Shown here piece after piece: positions 44,208-56,165 of a stretch of DNA of 64,000 nucleotides (positions are counted from its first letter, which is position 1; each line of letters starts with the position of its first letter). The notes beneath the pieces were generated by a model. The model saw only the letters and a program-made list of their open reading frames with translations, searched no databases and was not told the origin of the DNA. This DNA is from Eledone cirrhosa (taxonomy: Eukaryota), in NCBI GenBank assembly GCA_964016885.1, contig OZ024740.1, positions 115,010,001 to 115,074,000 of the forward strand, read 5' to 3'. A program made the position numbers and the translations under genes.

Positions 44208-44210
<3 letters not shown>
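42988..44210 (+). mobile_element. Non-coding PLE-like element with short inverted arm and HHR
   Basis: 43117-43200 is the reverse complement of ~44127-44210; HHR motif 44092-44166 TCAC-CTGATGA-...-GAAA-CATGTG-TC-(C)GTGA; (TA)n flanks. Confidence 0.65.
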
Positions 44211-44244
<34 letters not shown>

Positions 44245-44245
<1 letters not shown>

Positions 44246-44314
44246 CATCAGCACACACCCAAAGTTATAACACCCTATATATAGGGTGTTATAATTTTGG
44301 GTGTGTGCTGATGT
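44245..44314. repeat. 70-bp near-perfect palindrome
   Basis: ACATCAGCACACACCCAAAGTTATAACACCCTAT-AT-ATAGGGTGTTATAATTTTGGGTGTGTGCTGATGT. Confidence 0.9.
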
Positions 44315-44751
44315 ATATGTTAATTATAATTGAAAGGAGCTTAATGATTTTTAATTATTTGGTGATCATTCTCTTTCCCAACTCCACAATTTACCCAAAT
44401 TAAAATGTGTGTGTGCAAGTTGTTTTTCCATGTTTCATAAAGTTTAATTTGCAAATTATGCATTTTTAATAACTTTAATTATGAAGCGGTACTTCTAAAA
44501 TTATGATAACGTTAACGAAGTTTTGATCTTATCTCAACACCAGATTGTAACCAAATCACATAGTCCAGTTAATAATGAATTCATAAATTCATAAAGTCGG
44601 AAAAGCATTTTTTATATTCTTCTATTATTATTGTCTTCTTCCATTGATTAATTTCCTAATATGCTTTTGTGAATGTATGCCTGAGTTGTGTGTGACTATA
44701 GTATGAAAACTGTATGCTTCTCTTTGTGTTTTGTTGAGTTTGCATCTGTAT

Positions 44752-44797
<46 letters not shown>

Positions 44798-44891
44798 TAT
44801 ACATATATGTATATGTGTGTGTGTGTGTGTATAGGAAATGGCTTTCATTTGTATAAACTAAATAAAATTAGATTCAGTAATATGTCTATTG

Positions 44892-44987
<96 letters not shown>

Positions 44988-45948
44988 TGTATATATATTG
45001 ATAGATAGAGAGAGAGAGAGAGATAAAATATAGAGGAAGTGGGGTAGTTAGCTATATATCTGTCTGTCCATGTTTTTATCTGTCCGTCTATCGTTCTATA
45101 TATCTATCTCCCTACCTATCTCTCTATCCATAACCACTGTGCTGTCTCGCATTTAAAGAATGTAGAGTGTTGTTTGGTTTGAAGAAAAATAGACTTTCTA
45201 GAAGGCTCATATAAGATTCAATCATTGACTCTAAAGGTGGGTGGTGTTCTCTATATGTGTGTTTGTATGTTAGTATATGGTGGCGCTTAACCTTCCCGTG
45301 CATTACAGCACATCTTTCCAACACATGCCATATTTTATACTTGCAAGACTTAAGAGATTTGTGTATCAAGTTGAATTAGAAAAGACTCGTATCACACTTT
45401 CCTACTCCAATTTCTTAGTTTAACCGATTGATTCTAAAGGAGTGATTGAATTGAACCGAGTAATTAAATGGAATTTTATCGACTTTAAAGTGTTGGGTAA
45501 ATGGCAATGGTGACCGCAGTGAGATTTGAACCTAGATTGCGAAGATCTGAAACAAATAATGTAATGTGATCTAGTTCAACACTCTACCAATTCTGCACAT
45601 AGGCCACCATGGGAGTGTCGTATATAATTCAATTCGTCTATTCTTTCATTTAATAATACATATTCTACGTTTGCTTTCTCGTTGACATATGCATGATAAA
45701 TCGTTTGTCAAAAATAATGTCGCCCTGTAATTGGATTTCGTTTGCACTATTAGTTCGTATAAAACACTGTCGTATTCTTTATTTTTGTTTGTAGTTTGTG
45801 TTATTTTAGGCTTTTCAAAACTCTCTAAATATATGTATGGCTGGATGTGTGTATGTGTATATATATATATATATGTGTGTGTGTGTATGTGTGTGTATGT
45901 GTGTGTATGTGTGAGTGTTTGTGTGTGTGTATCTGTGTGTGTATGTGA

Positions 45949-45989
<41 letters not shown>

Positions 45990-45993
45990 GTGT

Positions 45994-46028
<35 letters not shown>

Positions 46029-46564
46029 GTCTGTGTGTATGTATTTATGTATATATTTTGTTTAATTTCAATCAAGCCTATTGTTTTTGTCACAATGTTT
46101 TGTGATTTAAAACTAATTATTTCGTATAAATTTATTTTTTCGTTTTTGGCATGGCAGATGTTCATACGTTGGTTTTATTATAGGAAAGAAATACACAGCA
46201 GTTTCCACTAGTAGGTATTCTTTTAGATTTTTAATACCTTCTGTCATTGGAATGGTACCATGCTGAATCACCACTAGTAATTACGTTTTTAAGTATGGTT
46301 TATTGATCTCTTTCTACTGTAGTACAAGTTTGGTAGAAATATCAAAGTGTAAGAGCACTCAGTCCATAGGACTGAATGAGTTGGGGTGTAGAACCCAACG
46401 TACCAATATATGTAACAGTTATAACTAGTTATATAAAATTATATGTATATATATATCTGGGGATTGTAACTTCTAGTTGCTGTAGGTTCGCCAGAGTGAG
46501 CACTGGATGTGAAGTTTCCAGTAAGCATAGGGGTGTAGAACTAAGCAGAGTGCAATAATAATAA

Positions 46565-46783
46565 TTTCTAGTATAGGCACAATTTGGTGGGGGGGGGGTA
46601 GTCGATTAAATCGACTCCATTACGTAACTGGTACTTTATATTATCGACCCCGTAAGGATGAATGACAAAGTTATCCTCGGCGGGATTTGAACTCAAACAG
46701 CAAAGCGGCGTAACTATACAGCAAAGCATGGCGTCCGACCCTCTACCGATACTGCCAATCCCGATACTGCCAATCCACCGCCC
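46565..46783 (-). mobile_element. tRNA-derived SINE
   Basis: Family body ATCGACCCCGTAAGGATGAA...GGGATTTGAACTCA...CCGATACTGCCAATCCACCGCC. Confidence 0.85.
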
Positions 46784-48090
46784 TTAACAGAGGTAAATAA
46801 AAATACAAATAAAAAGGGCGATAGGCTATGTCTTCATTACGTTTATTGAGTAGTGACGCGCGTTTCGCTATTGATCAGTTCAACGTTCAATCTGTATCAA
46901 TCTAGCCCGACTCTGGATTCAAAAGCTCGTGGGACCTCTGTTATGGCCATGACATATATATATATATATACAATTATTCCAAGCATATCATGGCGTGAGT
47001 ACGTTAAGGTATCAGACGGAATGTCGAGAGACGGTTATATGAATACAGCCTGCTACGCGCATTTCGAAGATAACAAAGTGAAAGCATAATAATCATTTGA
47101 TGTGTTATCATTAGACAGGTATTAAGGTGTAATATCTTTTTCTTTTTGCCATAGTTTGGAACACAATGATAGCAGTCCAGCAACAGTGAGCACATTACCC
47201 CTTAATACCTCTCTGAAGACAACAGATCATTTTGCAATCATTTTGATGAATTCGAAGTGCGCATGACAGTATTATATATTAAAAAGAGGATGTATATATA
47301 AAACCGCCTCTTCTTTATAATATATATCTAGGTGTGTGTGTGTGTGCGCGTATGTGTGTGTATATATATGTGTACGTGTGTATGTGTGTGTGTGTGTACG
47401 TCAGGCTTCTGTTTCTGTCTATCAAATACCATTCACACTGCATTGATCAACCCGAGGCTCGAGTATAAGTCTCTTGGCCAAGGTGCCACGCAGCGGACTT
47501 GAACCAAGAACCATGTGGATCCGAAGCAACCTTCTTAAAAACACAACTATGCTATGAAACTGTACATTTTTTTTCATTATGAACGGAGCATAATGGGAAA
47601 ATGCTTCGAAAATACTGAAATGGGAGTATAAATGGAATAAAACATGCCTCGATAAATTTGTTTTATCTTAGTACCTCCATAAGTAGAGAGATAAAAATAT
47701 AGCGAGAAAGAGAGAGAAGGAGAATGAAATTATAACAAGTGACTTCAAAGAAGCGGATACAGCATTGTATCTATGTGTGTAGCGAATATTTTCTGCTAAA
47801 TAGGAAGGGTTTCTAAGTGAGTGTATATATATTTATATATATATATACACATATGTGTGTATGTGTGTGTGTCTGTGACCAGTGTATATAGTTCACAGAC
47901 ATCCATATATATATATATATATATTGTTATACTTGGGGAGGATCATATTGTTGTAATAATATTGCCAGATATAATTACAGAACACAATCACTGTTTGGTT
48001 GGTTTTCGCTTCTGTATCTTTTATATCTCCATAGTTCATTTATTTGGCAATCAATGATTATCATTGATTAACCAACGGTTAAAAATACAG

Positions 48091-48145
<55 letters not shown>

Positions 48146-48649
48146 ATCAAAGTTGTTTCCTTGCACATCTGCAACATCAGTGGTACTATTATTTTCTATT
48201 TGTCCGTTTTCTTCTCTTTACAAAATTAGAAATTTAGCCATGTTACTTGAGGATGTAAGCAAAATGTAAAATGTAAACTGTAAATAACGATTGCTCTGAG
48301 AAAACATATGAAAATATTTGTGCAAATTCCCCAACTTCTATCAGGTTATCGAATCTAGTGAGCACAAATTTTGTTGTATTTTGATGTTTCAGAATACAAA
48401 AATTAATTAAAACTTACCCCCGAAAAAGACAGCGTGTGTTGTCCGATCTATAAACTCCCTCATACTATACATATATATACATACATACAAACAAACATAT
48501 ATTAATATAAACATACATTTACGCATACACGCATACATACATGCATGCATACATACACACATGCATACATGCATACATACATACATGCATACATACATAC
48601 ATACATACATACATACATACATACATACATACATACATACATACATACA

Positions 48650-49246
48650 TGATGGCTGCCAACTCGTTTTCGAGTACGGCTACTAATTTATATCCATGTA
48701 AGAGAACCCCTACCAATGCGCTGAACGAGTGTGACTTTTTAGTCCAGCCAGCGACTTGAAAACTCTGGTACAAACACTACACTTGTGACAATTATTGACA
48801 CATAGTGCTGGACCCATCGTACCATGCAGAGAGATCTCCAGATATAAAGCAATGCCTGTGCCGTGAAGCTTTTATAGTGATCAAAGGCACTGCACAAAGT
48901 CAGCCCCACTCTCTTAACCAAGATGATATTTACCGAAAAGAAGAACAAGTCAACATCATTGGATATCATCAGCGTTGTAGGTGGTATATCAGAGTTTTCT
49001 TTCTCCTAGAATTCTGCCTTGACAAAGGCTAAGGGGTCATCTCTCCCGGTGATTTTTGGATGGCCATTGATTTTTAAGATCTCCTTTGCCCTTTGCCAGG
49101 TTTTGTTTTTAGTCCTGTAGGATGTCCAAAGTCACCCTCCTCACCAAGAAACCTTGGTGGGGTTGCCAGTTTAGTCGCCAACGACCCGACCATGAGACAG
49201 GTTGTACTGGGATACATGTTACCAGTAGCACCAACTGGTGACCTGA
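48650..49246 (-). mobile_element. Non-coding RTE-related retroposon, longest copy
   Basis: Extends ~120 bp further at its 5' end than the 37.8-kb copy; flanked by (CATA)n-type repeats. Confidence 0.6.
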
Positions 49247-49375
49247 CATATATATACATACATATATACATACACACATACATACATACACACATACATG
49301 CATACATACGCACATACATTCATATATATACATACATACATACATATATATATACATACACACATACACATATAC

Positions 49376-49406
<31 letters not shown>

Positions 49407-49409
49407 CGC

Positions 49410-49880
49410 GTACAAAAGTGTGGTTACACAATGCCTATGTGAGATTCGCGATGCTGAATGGCAGTGAGACATGGACAACAACTGCAGAGGATATGCGACG
49501 GCTGGAGAGAAATGAGGCAAGCATGCTCCGTTGGATGTGCAATGTCAATGTGCAGGAACGACCAAGCATAGACGAGTTGAGAGAGAAACTGTGTTTAAGA
49601 GGGATAAGTTGTGGTATGCGGAAGAGAAGACTGAGATAGTATGGACATGTGATGCGCATGGAGGTTGAGCGCTGGGTAAAGAAGTGCCAAGAAATCCCAG
49701 TAGAAGGAAGATGCAGTAGAAGAAGACCACAAAAAACATGCTTGGAGGGGGTGAGAGCTGACCTCAGATCGCTGAAACTCACCGAGGAGATGAAGGACCG
49801 TGACAAGTGAAGAGATGCTCTACTGAATAGGACCCGCCCCACCCCTGCAAGCAGGGAAAAGCGGACGTAAAATGATGAAC
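49410..49880 (+). mobile_element. 3' fragment of RTE-clade LINE
   Basis: MLNGSETW...RRLERNEASMLRWMCNV...LREKL...RRLR*YGHVMRM, then a GC-rich 3' UTR ending ACGTAAAATGATGA. Confidence 0.8.
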
Positions 49881-50487
49881 AAACGATGATAATGATACTC
49901 TCTATATATCTATCTCTCCATCAATCTATCCAGATATCTGTGCATCAGTATATCTATTTACCTATCCACCACCTCAGCGGCCGCACATCCCTCCCCAACC
50001 GCACCACTTTCCCAAGCGTTCCGTGCTACTCTTCCGCCTCCAATGGCCCCATCCACCTCGCCGCCCCACCACCAGGCCACCCTCCATCCGACCGGAGCCC
50101 CGCTACAGCCACAAGTCTCACGGCAGCCAGCAGCAAGCCGTCACACAAGAAACTCCAGCCAGCATCCATGTCACACGACGCCAAATCGACCTCCCACCTG
50201 CCACACACATCTTGAAGGGCCCTCCCAAAGTTGCACTTCAGCGAAAGGTCTCCTAGCTTCTACACCCCTCCCCCAAACACCTTCCTGCACGTCTCACTCC
50301 GTCTCAGGGTCACCGAGAATTCACCAACAACCAACCCACGCTGTGGGGAACATTCCCTCCCGGGGCACACCCTGGTACCCCACAACATCTGTCCGTCTCG
50401 CTGCCCAACTACCGAGAAGTAAATCTGGCTCCTGTACTTGCCTAATTTGCATACATACATACATACATACATACATACATACATACA

Positions 50488-50518
<31 letters not shown>

Positions 50519-50874
50519 TGCTCCTGTTATATGTTATATTAACGTGAAAAGTACGCGTGTTTCAAAATGGTGTTATAGCAGATGGCATTTCAAATGTTTT
50601 CGCACCTTTTCACCTTCATAGAATATCTGCAAACATGCGTCACAGCACAAGACACGTTCAGCTTACATGGAACTGCTTCTTAACGCAGTTTACGAATTGA
50701 CCAGGTACGTATCTGATATCTTGCTCTATCATATAAGCACGTGATATCGAGACAATTGGTAAGTCGTTAAGATAAAGGATGAAAATCCTTGGTATGTTCC
50801 AGCTGACTGCTCTGCTAGTTCAAATCCTGCCGAGGTCAACTTTGCCTTTCAACTCCCTATCCACGATTATTCTA

Positions 50875-51385
50875 CAGGGCGGTCCGAATGTCTTGTCACC
50901 CCTACATATTGTTTTAACTTTCATTACTTTTTTGTTTTAATAATATAATATAATATCATTAATTATAATACATAATAATAATAATAATAATAATAATAAT
51001 ATAATTTTCTTATAATATATAATAATAATAATTGTTTTTACTTTTGGCACAAGGCTAGCAGTTACCCAGTGTATTACTGGAACTTTATTTTATCGACCCC
51101 GTAAGGATGAAAGACAAAGTCAACCTCGGAGGGATTTGAACTCAGAATGGCAAGGGCCGTAACTCTGTGCGTCAAAGCATGACAATATGATTTCATTTAT
51201 TGGCCACAAGGGCCGACATGTAGGGGACAATACAAAGACAAGGACAGTGGGGGGATTAAAATAAGCTCGAGTAAAAGTGCACAATGGCAAGACTAATTTA
51301 ACTATGAAGATATAAAAAAAAATATAAATAATAATAATATAATTTTCTTTTTGGTAGGGGATGACAAGACTTTCGGACCACCCTG
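50875..51385. mobile_element. Tc1/mariner-type MITE with nested SINE and LINE tail
   Basis: TA-CAGGGCGGTCCGAATGTCTTGTCACCCCTAC ... GTAGGGGATGACAAGACTTTCGGACCACCCTG-TA (imperfect ~31-bp TIRs, TA TSD); SINE at ~51035-51180 inside a (TAA)n tract. Confidence 0.85.
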
Positions 51386-51703
51386 TATCTCAAGTTGACC
51401 AGACAGATACAATCAGATGCGCACATAAATGCACACATACATCTAAACACTCATCAAACTACATATCTACACAGACAACCACTCCCTAACCATAAAAATA
51501 TTAACACTGATATGAAGAGAATTTAAAATTGGATAAATAATGTATGCTCTTATTTGGACAAACCACATCCTTGATAATAAAGCCAGTAAACCACCAAGCC
51601 CTTTGGCAACCAGTCTGGAACTAGTTGTTGAAACGGCAAGAGCACAGACGTCGGACCCTGACTTCTTAATATATATATATATATATATATCGTAATCATA
51701 TTG

Positions 51704-51791
<88 letters not shown>

Positions 51792-51928
51792 ATGATTACG
51801 ATATATATACGATACGATATGATTTCTTCCGAATGAAACAGTTCTAGTCCCGTAGAAGAAGCCATTTCTATATTGAATGTATTGAGTACCTTATTTACTG
51901 TGGTTACCCCTGATTGAACCCGGGATAA

Positions 51929-52001
<73 letters not shown>

Positions 52002-52009
52002 TATATATA

Positions 52010-52247
52010 TAAGTAGAAGGGGTGTTTAATTTGTTGGAAGTCCGACAAATATAAATGTTTATAACTGATTTAGAGCACTCAACAAGTTCCTGGAGTAAAT
52101 ATTCAATGATATTAAATAAATGGAATAAAACAAACTTTGTATTTTATCTGAGGAGAGCGTATCAATGTATTTTGGTACCCTTGAAATATATATAATAAAT
52201 TAAATATGGTTTTATAAATATAGTTTCCATTTATTTAATATCATTGT
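52010..52247. mobile_element. Diverged third member of the 24.8/42-kb fold-back HHR family
   Basis: Same tail (TATAACTGAT..AGCACTCAACAAG..TGGAGTA), short inverted arm, HHR motif 52140-52202. Confidence 0.7.
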
Positions 52248-52256
52248 ATATATATA

Positions 52257-52560
52257 TATGAATGTATTTACAGTATATTTGGCAATATACTGTATATTTA
52301 ATTAAAAACATTTAGAAGACCATTCACTATGAGTTTTAAATTATCGGCAAAGACAGCGGAGTGGGTGGTCTTGATAAACGCTCACTAGCGAGAAACAGAC
52401 GATTACTCTGTTATTATTTGCCCTGAATAAGTAAGTGACATAGTCACTACTTTAAAACTCATAGCGAATGGTCTTCAAAATGTTTTTGATTAAACATACA
52501 GTATATTGCCAAATATAATATACATTCATTCATGTACACATCGCTATTTCAGAGCACCAA
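52257..52560. mobile_element. Diverged single-unit fold-back relative of the 310-bp array
   Basis: Shares ATAGCGA..GGTCTTCAAAATGTTT...AAACATACAG.ATATT and terminal ATCGCTATTTCAGAGCA; HHR-like motif 52365-52406. Confidence 0.7.
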
Positions 52561-53055
52561 TACTAATGAAGGAGTCATGCTAGGGCTATGAAATCATGAA
52601 TGCATTAATTTCAACTTTTCTTATTAATAACTTAATTATGTCTTAACAGAGACTATGTAGGAAATTAAACCTCATATGGTCAATCTATAAAAGTATCTTG
52701 ATCAGCTTATAAACTTGTCAATCTATGAAGTCGTATATTGTGAAGGTGTGTGGTTTACTACTTCAAGAGTTCGATTCCCGGAGGCCCGTTTTGTCTTTTA
52801 GAAAGTACTTTATTTCATATTGTTTCAAACCATTTAGCCAATAAAGAGGAGTTTCCCTTGTAATTCGAAGAAACGGCCATCACACGCCCTCTGCCACGTT
52901 GCACGTGCCTGTGGAATTGTAATATTCACCTACTTACACGCTAATTTCATGAGCAAGTTCTTCGATAATACGAACTGGAAAAATGATTGTCCAACCACTG
53001 GACTTCTTCCAACACACGAATTCACACACACACACACACGCGCACACACACACAA

Positions 53056-53146
<91 letters not shown>

Positions 53147-53432
53147 TGTGTGTGTGTATTCGTTAGTCACAACGTTTGTCGTGCAGGTGTAAAATGCAAA
53201 TATAAAACCCAAACGTTCAGTTTTTTTCTTTTTGTCTTTCTATCTATTTTAGATAATCAATCTGAAACTTGAATCACTTCAAACCGCCATTAACTATAAA
53301 ATAACAAAACAAACAAGTAAAATGTGTTTATTCTGAAAGATTTTAGATTTATGTCACCTTTTAGCATAAGCGATTGTTAAGTTGGCATCTATTAGCTGGG
53401 TGGAAATACACAATCTCCACTACCATACCACT

Positions 53433-53632
53433 NNNNNNNNNNNNNNNNNNNNNNNNNNNNNNNNNNNNNNNNNNNNNNNNNNNNNNNNNNNNNNNNNNNN
53501 NNNNNNNNNNNNNNNNNNNNNNNNNNNNNNNNNNNNNNNNNNNNNNNNNNNNNNNNNNNNNNNNNNNNNNNNNNNNNNNNNNNNNNNNNNNNNNNNNNNN
53601 NNNNNNNNNNNNNNNNNNNNNNNNNNNNNNNN
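53433..53632. other. Assembly gap (200 N)
   Basis: Direct observation. Confidence 1.
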
Positions 53633-54097
53633 AAACAGGACACAGTCCCACATTCCTCCCTTTATTATAGTAAGATGTAAAACACCTCTCATATTAATTT
53701 TCATGTCAGTGACTTTTGTTAAATTATGATTGAAACACAACTTTATAATTAACGTATTAGTAAATCCCCCACAGTACTTGATTCTTTTCAAAATCATTTA
53801 AAAATTACATGCTGTGTAATTTCATTACAGGTGTGTTAATGAACGGGTTCAACATGCTGTATCCTCACTACGATACTACCGTTTTACCTCACTTAACGTG
53901 TATAATGCTTACGCCAGAGTGAACAAAATATTCGGCGATATGTGAGAATGCTCACAGTTGTGTGAAACGATCATTTTGTATTTCCTACTAGAAAGCCATT
54001 TATCCAACTGAACCTCCTACGATGATGGAAACGATGGCACTAGCCAAATGATAATTATAATGATAATGGATGTACATGATACTGCTGATGTTGATAA

Positions 54098-54280
54098 ATG
54101 TTTCTACTGTTGGCACAAGGCCAGCAATTACCCAGTGTATTACTGGTACTTTATTTTATCGACCCCGTAAGGATAAAAGGCAAAGTTAACCTCGGCGGGA
54201 TTTGAACTCAGATCATAAATGGCCGTAAGTCTTTGCTGCAAAGCATGGCGTCCGACCCTCTACCGATACTGCCAATCCAC
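54098..54280 (-). mobile_element. tRNA-derived SINE with 40-bp TSD
   Basis: Direct repeats 54058-54097 and 54281-54320 with 2 mismatches. Confidence 0.85.
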
Positions 54281-54629
54281 TAATGATAATGGCTGTACAT
54301 GATACTGGTGATGTTGATAATTATGATGCTCATCATCATCACATCGACGATGATGACGATAAAGTTGATGCTGCCTCTGATGATGATGAGAATAATGGTG
54401 GATGTTCATGGTTATCATGAGGAGTTGATGATGATGATGATTGTGTTCAAACTGATGGTGCCGAGGATGACGATGATGACGATGATGACGATGATGGCGA
54501 AGGCGAAGACGTCGGCGACGACGATGTGATGATGATGACGATGTTTTTGGTGGCTGTAGCAATGATAATGATGATGAGCAAGGAAGTAGGACCTGAAAAG
54601 ATGGTTACATGTATTTTGGGTATGTAGCA

Positions 54630-54723
54630 GATGCTGCTGCTACTGCTGCTGCTGCTACTACTACTACTACTAATACTAATACTACTAATACTACTACTTC
54701 TACTACTACTACTACCACTACTT

Positions 54724-54756
<33 letters not shown>

Positions 54757-54761
54757 ATACG

Positions 54762-54830
<69 letters not shown>

Positions 54831-54884
54831 TCTACTACTACTACTACCACTACTTCTACTACTACTACTACTAATAATAATACG

Positions 54885-54918
<34 letters not shown>

Positions 54919-54924
54919 TTACTT

Positions 54925-54955
<31 letters not shown>

Positions 54956-54973
54956 AACTACTACTACTACAAT

Positions 54974-55018
<45 letters not shown>

Positions 55019-55041
55019 TACTACTATTACTACTACTACTT

Positions 55042-55111
<70 letters not shown>

Positions 55112-55180
55112 TACTATTACTACTACCACTACTTCTACTGCTGCTGCTGTTACTGCTGATTATGCTGCTTCTGCTATTGT

Positions 55181-55255
<75 letters not shown>

Positions 55256-55327
55256 CACTACTACTACTACTACCAACACTACTACTATTACTACTACAAC
55301 CACTACTACTACTACTAGTACTACTAG

Positions 55328-55375
<48 letters not shown>

Positions 55376-55376
55376 A

Positions 55377-55439
<63 letters not shown>

Positions 55440-55445
55440 GCTACA
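54630..55445. repeat. Long imperfect (ACT)n microsatellite
   Basis: Direct observation; explains the poly-T, poly-L and poly-V ORFs. Confidence 0.95.
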
Positions 55446-55704
55446 TCACGAGAAATAGTTGCCGGTTCATCGATTCCGGTCCATAAAACAGAATGTCAGA
55501 TAAGACGTAATTAATCCCTACTGCAAAAATATTTAAAGGTAGATAAACAACAGTAACAACAACAAAGGCATAAACAGCGTCCACACGTACACATATATAA
55601 TCACTTCAACGAACATTAGCACATATATACAAACACATGTATGCGTACACACATAGATTCACACACTCGGACACACACACTCATATATATATATATACAC
55701 ATAC

Positions 55705-55826
<122 letters not shown>

Positions 55827-56081
55827 TATATATATATATATATATATTTAAATATATATATATATACATATGTATTTGCATACATTCATATATTCATATA
55901 TATATATATATAACTTTGATACGTATATATACATACGCAACACATATATATACACGCACACATAAATGCATGCATATCAGATTTCGTTGCAGGCTACGGA
56001 AAGTATTTATTGGTTTACTGCGGAAAATCTAACTTAATTATTATGAGAAATATCATTCATGAATATTAAGGGTTTGGCTGC

Positions 56082-56165
<84 letters not shown>

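Noticed and set aside
46852-46885. Minus-strand GAAACGCGCGTC palindrome resembling an HHR 3' half
   Set aside because: Core reads CTGATCA and stems I and II cannot be built; at most a relic.
54605-55514. Long poly-Thr/poly-Leu/poly-Val ORFs (mucin-like)
   Set aside because: Translation of an (ACT)n microsatellite; no splice or domain evidence.
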